In this document: positions 52,800 through 63,400 of the stretch, in pieces
Position numbering within the stretch: the stretch's first letter is position 1
Layout of the letters: each line of letters opens with the position of its first letter
Source: Chiloscyllium plagiosum
Taxonomy: Eukaryota
DNA length: 64,000 nucleotides
Assembly (NCBI RefSeq): GCF_004010195.1
Contig: NC_057720.1
Coordinates: 90,351,801 to 90,415,800 of the forward strand
Direction: 5' to 3'
The notes under the pieces: generated by a model
The model's input: only the letters and a program-made list of their open reading frames with translations
What the model was told of the DNA's origin: nothing
Database searches by the model: none
Position numbers and translations under genes: made by a program

Positions 52800-54162
52800 T
52801 TTGTAAATGTTTGGAGCTGGGATTGTTTTCAATTTTTGACTAAGACATTGGCGTATTTCCCCTATGGTGGGGGATTTCAATAATAGGGAACATGTTTTTA
52901 CAGTGAGAAGAGAAAAAAGTTTTTAAAATTGTACCAGTGACAACCTTTTACACAGAGAATGGTTTGTGTGTGGGATGATTTAAGGTGGATACTTCCAACC
53001 TTTAGAAGACATTTGGATAAGTGAATGAATATCAAATGTTTGGAAGGATATGGGCCAAGTACACACAGGTTGGATTAGTTTAGTTTGGGATAATGACTGA
53101 CATGGACTGGTTGGACCGAAGTGTCTGTTTCCATGCTGTATCACTCCATGACTCTATGACTATTTATCATTTTTTCTCAATATTAAACAGTGCTGTCGTG
53201 ATGCTCGAATGAACTGTTGATGTTTAGGTTGTGTTTGAGACTCTGCGAATATTTCCTTCAATGAGAGGAGGGACTAGTTCTCCAAGTTGCCCAACTAAAA
53301 AAATAAACTTTTCTCCAGCAATGTTGCTGAGTAGAGTTGTTTCTGCTGAGGCAGTGGTTATGGTTTGCAGTTGGCTTTCCACCAACTGGTCAACAGTGAG
53401 ACGAAATATCTTTAATCCACTGTAGAAACTCCACCTCCTTCCAGTAAATGAAACTGGGTGCTCAAGGACCTTTTCTGCAGTCAGCTTAATTGCTGCCAAC
53501 TATTGTATCTGGCCGATTAAAGGGAAAATGAATCGACTAAAGTAAAATCCTACCACACAAGCTATATTTTCCCATTTACTCACAATGGACACATTTCACT
53601 TGGCATTTCTTCGTTAAAAAGGAAAGTCACTGAATACAGCATTCACTGTATGACTATCAGAAAACAGGACATTGAATGCAATGACATTCTGGTTAGTTCA
53701 GCCTGTTTATTGAGTATCTTTAAAGCTCCTGAATATGAAGTTAATGGATCCAAAATCCCATATTGCAGGAACATTTGTTATCATCTCAAAGTAAATTAAC
53801 AAACTTGAATTGGTTCAAACTCGCATCACTTGTTGCACTATTCTCTGATTCATGCATCTCGTTAAAACTGAGTGGCCCTTTATACATGATTAATACTAGT
53901 GTAGAGAAACCGCAAATTTTTGCTGATTTTTATGATTTACCTGCCCCTGTCAGAGCTATCAGTGAGCAGAGAAATGTACTGTTTATGACCTACATTCGTG
54001 GTAATGATTATTGTAATACTCTTTAATTTAACCAAACACTCCTGATGTACCCAGACAGTTACCTGCAATGGTTTAGATGTTGATGATTAAAAAAAAACGT
54101 ATGGACTGTTCTGTTCTAGTTCATTAGATGCTCTTTCAAAAGTTTACCTAGGTGTTATGTAT

Positions 54163-54393
54163 GGAAATGTGTTGCTGGAAAAGCACAGCAGGTCAGGCAG
54201 CATCCAGGGAACAGGAGAATCGACGTTTCGGGCATGAGCCCTTCTTCAGGAATGAGGCCCTCATTCCTGAAGAAGGGCTTATGCCCGAAACGTCGATTCT
54301 CCTGTTCCCTGAATGCTGCCTGACCTGCTGCGCTTTTCCAGCAACACATTTCCAGCTCTGATCTCCAGCAATCTGCAACACCTCACTTTCTCC
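54163..54393. mobile_element. Young 231-bp fold-back Penelope-derived element with perfect 16-bp TSD
   Basis: cctaggtgttatgtat at 54147-54162 and 54394-54409; about 95-bp near-perfect inverted arms plus a ~40-bp unpaired tail. Confidence 0.92.
54267..54294 (+). ncRNA. Minimal hammerhead ribozyme core (mirror copy on minus strand 54222-54249)
   Basis: CUGAAGA-A-GGGC-UUAU-GCCC-GAAAC-GUC; helix I is weak (2 bp, then a mismatch). Confidence 0.65.
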
Positions 54394-54733
54394 CCTAGGT
54401 GTTATGTATCACTGCCAACTCACTTTTTGTTTCTCAGGCACACACTTTTCCTTTACTATGCATTTTGAAAAAAAAAAGATGCAAGGAGAGACATTCTGCA
54501 ATGTAAGGAGATGCTTCTAATGTCCGGATCGAAACTGCTTAGGGACATACACTCACATTCTGAACATAATCACTTTAGACATGCTCCATATTATGCTGCC
54601 TAAATTGAATTTAGAAACACAGATTAGAAAAATGGTATATTATTTTGTAATGTGAGAGAGACTTTGAGTGACAGCAAAAATAAAGTCACTAATTTTGTTG
54701 GCTAATAATATTATTGAAGTTCTTTTTAGCTTT

Positions 54734-55488
54734 ATTTATTTATTTTTTAACCCCCGCACTACCACCTAAGTGCAGTAGTGCTTATTTTTTTCCCCAGCAA
54801 CCATGGTGTGTGTGTGCAGGTGTGAGACACAGTGAATGACACAAAGTGCACGAATCTGTATTCAATTTCCACCACCAGGAAGATAGGAAAACACCCGGGT
54901 GGCCAGTGACAAACACTGCCCTTCACATCAAAGGACAGTGCTGTGTGATCAAAACAGTGAAGGGGAGGGTAAGGACTAAATCAAAATAGAGTTGGAGGGA
55001 GAAATGATGCACTCCACTCCCTGCGGCGCCCACCTCTCCCTGAACAACTCCAGGGTGTTGGTCGACACCGCGTGCTCCTTCTCCAAGGACTCTTTTTAGC
55101 TTTTTTTTTCAAAGGGCAGTGACACTCCTGTTTTTTTTTCTTTTAACCCCCACACTACCACCTAAGTGCGGTAGTGCTTATTTTTTCCCCCAGCACCCAT
55201 GGTGTGTGTGTGTGCAGGTGTGAGACACAGTGAAAGACACAAAGTACACAAATCTTTATTCAAATTCCACCACCAGGAAGATAGGAAAACACCCGGGTGG
55301 CCAGTGACAAACACTGCCCTTCACATCGAAGGGCAGTGCTGTGTGATCAAAACAGTGAAGGGGAGGGTAGGGACTAAATCAAAATAGAGTTGGAGGGAGA
55401 AATGATGCACTCCACTCCCTGCGGCACCCACCTCTCCCTGAACAACTCCAGGGTGTTGGTCGACACCGCGTGCTCCTTCTCCAAGGAC
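54734..55488 (-). mobile_element. Two tandem 3'-end copies of the Tx1-like LINE
   Basis: Each matches 40565-40870; both end at ...ctccaagga; tctttttagcttt at 54721, 55091 and 55489. Confidence 0.9.
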
Positions 55489-56036
55489 TCTTTTTAGCTT
55501 TATTCTGCTTGTGTTTGAAAGTAGGATTAAAGGGAGTTAACTTCTAATTGAATATTCTAAATATAATCACTTTGGACGCGCTCTGTATTCTGTTGCTTAA
55601 ATTGAATTTTGAAATGTTTAGTAAAAATTACATGTAATTTTGTAGTGCGACAGAGACTGGCAGTGTCCACGGAAAAAAAGCTCAATTGTTTTATTAGCTA
55701 GTAATATGTTTGAATTTTGATTTTAGTTTTATCTGCTTGTGAATGAATGTAGAATAAAGGGAGTTAACTTCCAACTGATTTTGTTTTGTTTTGTTTGAAG
55801 AAAATACTTGCAACTATCATCAGAAACAGACCTGAAACTACTCAAATTTACTTCCAAAGAAGGTATTCAGCAAAACAAATATCCCAAGATGTGTATATAT
55901 CCATGTTTAAACATAACCTCATGTAAATATACGAGCCCATGTGTTCGGGCTGTACAAGCTGATACCAGGATCCAGTCTCAGCCTCCAGCAGGACACCAAC
56001 AGGCGGAAGCTGTAAGTCTGCCCCTTCCGATGACCA

Positions 56037-56043
56037 TATAAAT
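56037..56043 (+). promoter_or_regulatory. Candidate TATA box of the VH promoter
   Basis: TATAAAT about 90 bp before the leader ATG; ETS-like GCGGAAG near 56003; no ATGCAAAT octamer nearby, consistent with shark IgH promoters. Confidence 0.55.
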
Positions 56044-56129
56044 CCTGGGCACTAGACCATATATCAACACTCCTGGGTCGGTTTTGTTTAGAAAGATGTT
56101 GACAGAAACATTTCCCACAAGTTATCAGA

Positions 56130-56178
56130 ATGATTGTGTCGACAATTTTTCTCAGTTTGTTACTGACTTTCTTATCAT
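56130..56178 (+). CDS. IGHV: Ig heavy chain leader exon
   Basis: MIVSTIFLSLLLTFLS + 1 nt, then GTGAGT donor at 56179; intron ends in ttttctttttaaAG at 56306. Confidence 0.93.
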
Positions 56179-56306
56179 GTGAGTGTTTTTTGTTCAAGTC
56201 TCTCTTTGTTACTGTCTCAATGTTAGTCTACCCACAGGAATGTAAAAGACACAGCCATCATTTCATCAGCATTATTGCTCAAGGTTTATTTGTTTTCTTT
56301 TTAAAG

Positions 56307-56611
56307 GTGTCCACTCGGAGGTTGCTTTGTTTCAGCCAGAGGCAGAGACTGGCCATCGCGGAGGCAGCCTGAGACTGACCTGTAAAACCAACGGGTTCGA
56401 TCTTAACAGCAGCTACATGCACTGTGTCCGACAGGTTCCGGGAAAGGGCCTGGAGTGGTTGCTTTGGTACAATAGTCCATACAGCAATAACTATGCACCA
56501 ATGATTAGGGGTCGATTTACTGCGTTCAAAGACACTTCAGCCAAAATTTTCTTGTTGAACATGGTGGACCTGAGGATCGAAGACACTGCCATCTATTACT
56601 GTGCAAGAGAC
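56307..56611 (+). CDS. IGHV: IgM-type VH exon; open frame but probably non-functional
   Basis: (C)[32 protein letters not shown]...[15 protein letters not shown]...RFTAFKDTS...[11 protein letters not shown]. Both canonical Cys present; the FR2 Trp is replaced by Cys. Confidence 0.95.
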
Positions 56612-56649
56612 CATAGCGAGACGAACCAGGCTGGACCCGTTCAAAAACA
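56612..56649 (+). other. V-segment RSS (22-bp spacer) with mutated heptamer
   Basis: CATAGCG (56612-56618), 22 nt, TCAAAAACA (56641-56649); consensus is CACAGTG / ACAAAAACC. Confidence 0.85.
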
Positions 56650-57012
56650 GCTCGAGGGAACATTTTAGCAATTCCATCGTAAATTGGTGGTAAGCACGTG
56701 TTTTAAATACAATTATACCAACTGCGATCTCAAGCAGACCTCAGGCTGCCTCTTACAAAGCTATCAAAGAGGAAATGTGCAATTTAAACGAGCAAACTAG
56801 GTGATACAATGGGACAATGTTTTGGGCATGTCATATGTACTGCTAACACTTCCATCAATTAAATGCTTGGACAAAATGTTAGTTTTAATACATCTGACAG
56901 CTCAGGAAATCACTGCTAATTGTGTTATGTAAACTATGTCATTAATTCTAATCATGATCAGTACTAAATGGCTATCTCAAATGAAAATTGAGACCTAGAG
57001 TATAGAACAGAG

Positions 57013-57040
57013 AATGAGTGTACTGGTCTATATCATTGTG
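57013..57040 (-). other. Candidate 12-spacer RSS 5' of the D/J block
   Basis: Heptamer CATTGTG (57034-57040; consensus CACTGTG); 12 nt upstream is AATGAGTGT, a weak nonamer (4/9 match). Nothing nonamer-like at 22-23 nt. Confidence 0.6.
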
Positions 57041-57102
57041 ATACCAGTTGGAGTGATCTCTTTATTACTGGGGCCAAGGGAGCATGGTGACAGTGACTTC
57101 AC
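57041..57102 (+). pseudogene. IGHJ: JH segment with a fused D-like 5' extension
   Basis: YYWGQGSMVTVTS then GTAAG donor at 57103; 5' part ATACCAGTTGGAGTGATCT carries an in-frame TGA at 57054-57056. Confidence 0.88.
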
Positions 57103-57699
57103 GTAAGAACTTTGAACTTTCTTCGTGACTTTTTTAAAAACGCTCTATTCGTGTGAATAATTTGTGAATTAAATGAAACTCAGATTCTGTGCTGAGTTTG
57201 GGTTGGTTCGGATTGATGTTTGTTCAGACTGATTATAGACTTCAGTTAAGATTCAGCAAATAGTTAATATGGTGATGATGGAGTTAGTTGCTCGGTGTAT
57301 CTCTTTTTTATGGATCAGATGCGCATTCTGTGCGCCTGGGTAAAAACAATGACTGCAGATGCTGGAAACCAGATTCTGGATCAATAGTGCTGGAAGAGCA
57401 TAGCAGAAGGGTTACTTGAAACACCTAATGTCTCTTAATCAGTCAGCTATAAATATTGTTTAATGTCAGTGACAACCTGACTGTGAGTTTTATTATCAAC
57501 AACAAATGCTAAGAATTTAAAGATGTTCGAAATATTACCAAACGTGATTAAAATATGCTAAAATATCATTATTCATTTCTTGAATATATTCCCCGTATAC
57601 ATAATGTTATTACCATTATTATATTTTCTCATTTATTTTGTTAATGTTGTTGATGACAAGCAGGTTAGAAACTGTCATAAAATTTTCTTTCGGTGCTAT

Positions 57700-58010
57700 A
57701 TTTCATTCTGTTGATTAGATTCTGAGTTTGTTTTACTTGATTCTGTTGAATTGAGTTGATTGGAGTTTGGCTTTGTTTTAGTTGATTTGGTTTGAACTGA
57801 GTTGATTGGATTCTGACTTTGTTTTTACTTGGTTTTGTTGAATTGCGTTGATTGGATTTTGAAATTGTTTTATTTGATTCTGTTGAATTGAATTGGTTGA
57901 ATTCTGATTATCTTTCATTTAAATCTGTTCTTTTGAGTTAATTGGATTCTGATTTATATTTTATGATTCTGTTGAATTGTGTTGATTGGATTCTTATTCA
58001 GTTTGTGGAA
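57700..58010. repeat. 45-bp T/G-rich tandem repeat (about 6-7 units) in the J-C intron
   Basis: Unit gattctgagtttgttttacttgattctgttgaattgagttgattg. Confidence 0.85.
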
Positions 58011-59598
58011 TTGATCTGCCTTTTCATGCTTTCTGTAATTGGTGTTTTCTTTCTGGTGAGGAGATTGACTCTCTGGATTACATTTCATTACCAATATTTG
58101 TGAAGTTCTTTGTTTTTCATGAATCATTTCTGCATTTGTTAAACTCATATGACATATTTATCTCTGCTTGATTGAATACATTACATCCGTTTGTAACTGT
58201 CTGAAAACCAACTTAAGGCAGAAACCCGGAAGTGTGAAAAATGAAAAAGAAACAAGTTTTTAATGCATTGACTTTTTTAAAAAAATCTGAGGTCTAATTG
58301 TGAGCTAACTCCATTTTTTGTTTTGAGTAGCCTCATTCAAAATAAAATTTGGGACTAAAATCTGAAACTGCAGAATTGATCAGATCACGTAATTGAAACT
58401 AACTTAAAATTATAATTTGGTAATATTTGTCCATTCAAGTAATTTTGTTTTGACCTTGAAGTGATTAATCAATATATGCCTTCAATTGCTCTCCTGTGCA
58501 CTGCACAAGATTGTCATGATCAGGAAGGGTGTACAAGTTGGAAATAAATTGAACTGTTGCCGGAAGCGTTACAGCTTTAAGTGTTAAATCCCCTCACAAA
58601 CAAGGCTGCTTTCATGACTTGTTATTTCTGTTCAATTTAATCATTAGTTTGCTTGATTCTAAGCAGTTTTGTTGGATTTCAATTTGGGTTTTTTTTTCAG
58701 AGGTTACATCATGTTCTTGGTTCTGTTGAACATGTTTGCAGAGCTAATTCTGCTGCAAACACACCGTGTTGTGATTTGGTGATCTTTGATCTGTTGTGAG
58801 GGTAACATTAAATGTGTGATGTTTTGGAAACATTTTCTGCTTTCTACATTGTTTTTGCAATGTTAACATGGTGACAGTGAACTGCTCCAGGTTCTTCGTT
58901 CAATGCAATCAGCATGCCAGTTGAAATTTCATAAAGCCTAATATTAAGTGAAAGGCAAATCGCAAAGTTTTTGGAAATGAAGGGAAAACAGATACCTTCG
59001 GGCGCCATTTTTATTTAGAAGTAATAATTAAGGATTAATCTAATCCATGCTTTACAATCCAAATTCAGAACTCAACTATCTAGTTCATTCACAAGGTCTG
59101 TCTTTAAACAGATTACAAATCATAGAGAAATCTAAATAGAATTTCAAAAGTATAATGTTCTAATAGTTTTTGCTCTTGAGCAAAATGCCATGACTGTGTT
59201 ATAATTGATCAAGAAACACCTTTCAATTCCGTTGTACACTACATACAATTTTTCTGACTGGAAAAGATCATTGGTGAAGACCATTTGGAAGTTCTGCTCA
59301 ATTCTATGAAGAACAGATCAGTTTCATTGCTTTGATCAGTTTTACAAGTAACTTGAGTTAATTCATTGTTATGTCCCTGATTAAACTGGATTTGCAGGAT
59401 AAAAATAAAACATTAACTGAATTATTTAATCTGCACAGTGCTTTAGGTGTTCCCAATCCGTGCGTTTTAAATAAATAGTTACATTTTACAACAAAATATC
59501 AGCTGAAGAGTCATTCTTATGGAATCAACTGCTGTAGTGAATTATGTGACCAAGGCCAAATTTTGAATTAATTAAAATAATCCACTCATGAACTCGCA

Positions 59599-59938
59599 GG
59601 GCAGCATGGTGGCTTAGTGGTTGGCACTGCTGCCTCACAGCGTCAGGGTCCCAAATTCAATTCCACCCTTGGGTGACTGCCTGTGTGGAGTTTGCACATT
59701 CTCCCTGTGTCTGCGTGGGTTTCCTTCGGGCGCTCTGGTTTCCTACCACAGTCCAAAAGATGTGCAGGTCAGGTGATTGTGCTAAATTGCACATAGTGTT
59801 CAGTGATGTAAGGGTTAGGGTGCACTAGTCAGGGGCAAATATACGTTGGGGGAATGGGTCTGGGTGGGCTACTTACTGTTCAGAGGGTCATCGTTGAATT
59901 GTTGAGCCGAATGGCCTGTTTCCATACTGTCGGAACTC
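59599..59938 (+). mobile_element. Full-length tRNA-derived SINE (HE1-like)
   Basis: A box TGGCTTAGTGG (59610-59620), degenerate B box near 59653-59664, CR1-like tail ggcctgtttccatactgt. Confidence 0.88.
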
Positions 59939-60177
59939 TACTCTTAAAACCATGGGAGTACTTGCTGCAAACGCAGAGAATTCATTTTACCTCCATGTGT
60001 GCAGATGTATGCAGAGTTTACAAATTTGCAGAAGACATGCACTAGAGGATAACAGAGCACGTTGTTTATTCAAACACTAAAAATAGGGTAATATTTATTT
60101 TAATTAATATACTTGACTGATTTGTTGCAATGTAGCGATCGGAAGGAATCTGCTCACGTTAGTTAAGTGTGACAATT

Positions 60178-60492
60178 ATTTAGATTAGATTTCCTGCGGT
60201 ATGTATCGGGCCATTTGGCCCAACACGTCCACACCGATCTGCTGAAGAGTAACCCACCCAGATCCATTCCCCTACCCTATATTTACCCCTGACTAATGCA
60301 CATATCTTTATGGACAATATAACATGACCACTTCACCTGACCTGCACATCTTTGGATTGTGGGAGGAAATCCACACAGACACAGGTGAGAATGTGTGAAA
60401 TCCACACATCCAGTCGCCCGAGGCTGGAACCGAGCCCAGGTACCTGGCGCTGTGACGCAGCTGTGCTCTCCACTCAGCCACTGCGCTGCCCA
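60178..60492 (-). mobile_element. Full-length tRNA-derived SINE (HE1-like), reverse orientation
   Basis: Minus strand starts gggcagcgcagtggctgagtgg and ends in (ctaat) units. Confidence 0.88.
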
Positions 60493-63400
60493 CATTTACT
60501 GAGACATCCGTTAAACCGAGCAACTCCAGACAGAAGCATGTTTTCAATTCATACCATCCTTAAACATTTTCATACATTAAAAGCAGCAAACAAGAAAATG
60601 AACTTGCCCTAATTTTTTCAACAGAAATGCATTTCCGCACTCGAATGCAGTATTGGCTTTATGCAGTGCATGCAAAATCTCCACAGTTCAAGGAATGTTG
60701 TAAGAATATGTAAAAAAAAATAGCGAATAATCCATTTCCTCTGGGGCTGTGCTTTAATTGGCGATATGTCCCACCTCAATAATTTTGTTAAATACAATGA
60801 CTTATTAAGTTTATTAACTCAGTGGTTATTTATGTTCATTGTGAACACATTCTCGTTCACATTAATCCTCTGGTTAGTTCCTCTGATGAATGTTCAATTA
60901 CATAATATATTTGACGTGAGGAGTTAAGGAATGTATCTGCTAGGATTAAGTCTGTTGTACAGTTTGTTTCAGAGCTATCTCCGACTAACTTGTCAACGGT
61001 CCTGACCATTTGTAAACTGTCCAGTTCGGATACCTGAATCTCAGACAGTTTAATTTCATCTCGCGCTTCAAAACCACTTTTATCAGCCAGAAATGCAATA
61101 TTCGATTAGGTGCCTTAGAATTGAGAGTCCTGACGAAGTTGTACCAATCAGAACGAACGTTTCAGGAACAACAGGCAGATAACAAGAGTTTTGAAATTGG
61201 TTGTTGGCAACAAGAGATATTTGATTGAGCGAGGCGGAGGGAAATATGCTGCATATTTTCTTTATTCCTCAGTTGTGCAGGACATGTTTAGTGACACAAT
61301 GTAGAATCAGATATTATTTTGCATCTTATTATTTGAAAACCTATCATCAGCTTTTAATGTCACTGGCGATGGTCATAATATACTTCAATACATTTTAATC
61401 TATTTCAGACTAAGTAGACGATCTGGTGCAGCAACATTCACAGGGGAAAGAGGAAGGGAGTTCTAGGTTGAAATCCAGTGACAGTGAATTGATGGCAATG
61501 CAATTCCCAGTTTTATTCCTCTGTAGTTCCCATAGAGTTTGAACAAATCTGAGCTGTTGTCAAAGTATTCTTGAATCAATGTTGAAATGTTACTTACATT
61601 GTACAAAGATTCTGGAACAATCCCTGGTTGTTCGAAGGTGTTAATAACTAACATGGTTTATGCACTGTCAAACAGGTGGGCTTTGTTCTCCGTGATAGTG
61701 TCGAGCTCATTGTGTTCATGTCTGTTGTGATGTTGTAGTAGTGTCCCTGATCCTGAGCCAGGTGGCCTGTGTTCTCTTACAACCTGTGAGGGAGGTATGT
61801 AACACCATCTCTTATCAGGTTACTTCAGTGCAAGAAAGCAGATGTTTAGGTGTTTGTTGGAATTCCACTCAGAGGCCAATGAAATCTTTTCAGTTGCTGT
61901 CCTGACTTGTGTCTCTTAGATATTAAACAGAATTTTGGCGGTTAGCAGCTTTTTCCAGATCAGTATTTGTTCCCAATTTTTTGGGCATTGCTCGCTGGGG
62001 TTAGTGGAGTAAGTGCTCAAATAAATCCCAGCTTTTGACTTACTGTTCTAACAATATCATTTATAACTAATCTAGAATGAATCATTCTCGAAGCATATTT
62101 GATGAGATTATGCTTAGGCTGTTTTACTTTATGTAAACCAGTGCTGTAGCTGAATTTGATGTTCAGTACGATGGGGATTCCGCTGAATACAACACTTGCT
62201 AGCAGATGGTGATAGCTTTTCAACTGGTCTTCAATTGCTATCTCCGACCATCCAGTACCTCTGCTAAGAATCCTTGTTCCAACAGGAGTCAAGCAAACGT
62301 AATCACTGTTTATCTCAACGGGTGTGAGTTCTTGTGCCAAAAACATGAAAACAATTTGCTGACGAGGGGGGGTCTCTGGATGCGAAAGGTTAACCTTGCT
62401 TTCTCTCCACAGGAGCTGCCAGACCTGCAGAGTTTCTTCAGAAATTTCTGTCTTTATTTTGGTTTTCTAGCATTTAAAGTTTGTTGGTTCATTGAAAAAT
62501 GTTCTGTTCGATGAAACACGTTCTTCAGAGAAAAGATGCATTTGAACAAATTGCAAATGTTCAGAGATATTACATATCAGAGAATCATTGAATTTGAGCG
62601 CCCTGATCTCAAGCTGTAGTTTCACAAGAAACTATTATGAAGTAACAACACACTCCAGAGTGCAGTGGCTGCTGTAATTGGGTGGAAGTTATTTTGATCA
62701 CTCAAATATGGAATGTCAATGATCCTGTTCCAAATAATCAACAGAAGTTTTTTTTTAAAAGCATGTGTGAAACAATTAACTTTTTGAAATATTTTAACAA
62801 AAAGTGTTCACCACCATTGCTAGCTTAATGAATGACACAATGATAGGAAGGTGGGAGCAGAGGAGGGCACTCAGCCACTCGAGCTGTTCCACCAATTACT
62901 TAGATCATGGTGCATCTGTGAGCTAAATCCACAGGTCTCCCTTTGGCTAAAACTCTTAAATACCTTTGATTAACAAGCAAAAACTATCCCGGATTTACTG
63001 ATTCGACTGCCCATAACAAAGGGAGGCACCCTTTCTGAAATACATTTCTGTGGGTATTTAAAGGTACAAAATGAGACTGGAATTAATTGCTCATGAAAGT
63101 AAGCTTTAAATCTCTGACAATTTCCAATTGAAACATCCCAATAATCATATTCCATTAATTTAACACTATACTCCCCTGGAATAAAGAAATATAATGTGTG
63201 ATTGCCTTGCTAAAAATGAGGGAAGCTTCATTCCTATTATATGATTAAGAAATAGCTCTGTTCATTCAGTGAAGACACAGACAAATCACACAAAAGGAAA
63301 CCATGTCATCTTGTGGAGACACACAAGTGCCTCAAATAATTTTTAATTCTTCTAGTGGTTGTTTGAATCTCTAGACAAGTGTGGAAGTGTCAGACCTTTT

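Noticed and set aside
53224-53499. 91-aa minus-strand ORF as a possible Ig-domain remnant
   Set aside because: No paired Cys or Trp framework and no clear splice signals.
55146-55162. Similarity of the Tx1 3' end (gtggtagtgtggggg on minus strand) to the U1 snRNA 3' region
   Set aside because: Match is short and gapped, and is explained by the element's own terminal stem-loop.
59599-59680. tRNA gene
   Set aside because: A/B boxes belong to a SINE head; no cloverleaf, and the sequence continues into the SINE body.
61130-61165. CTGACGA-A-GTT...AAC-GAAC-GTT as another hammerhead
   Set aside because: The GAAA core is incomplete, helix I does not pair and there is no PLE context.
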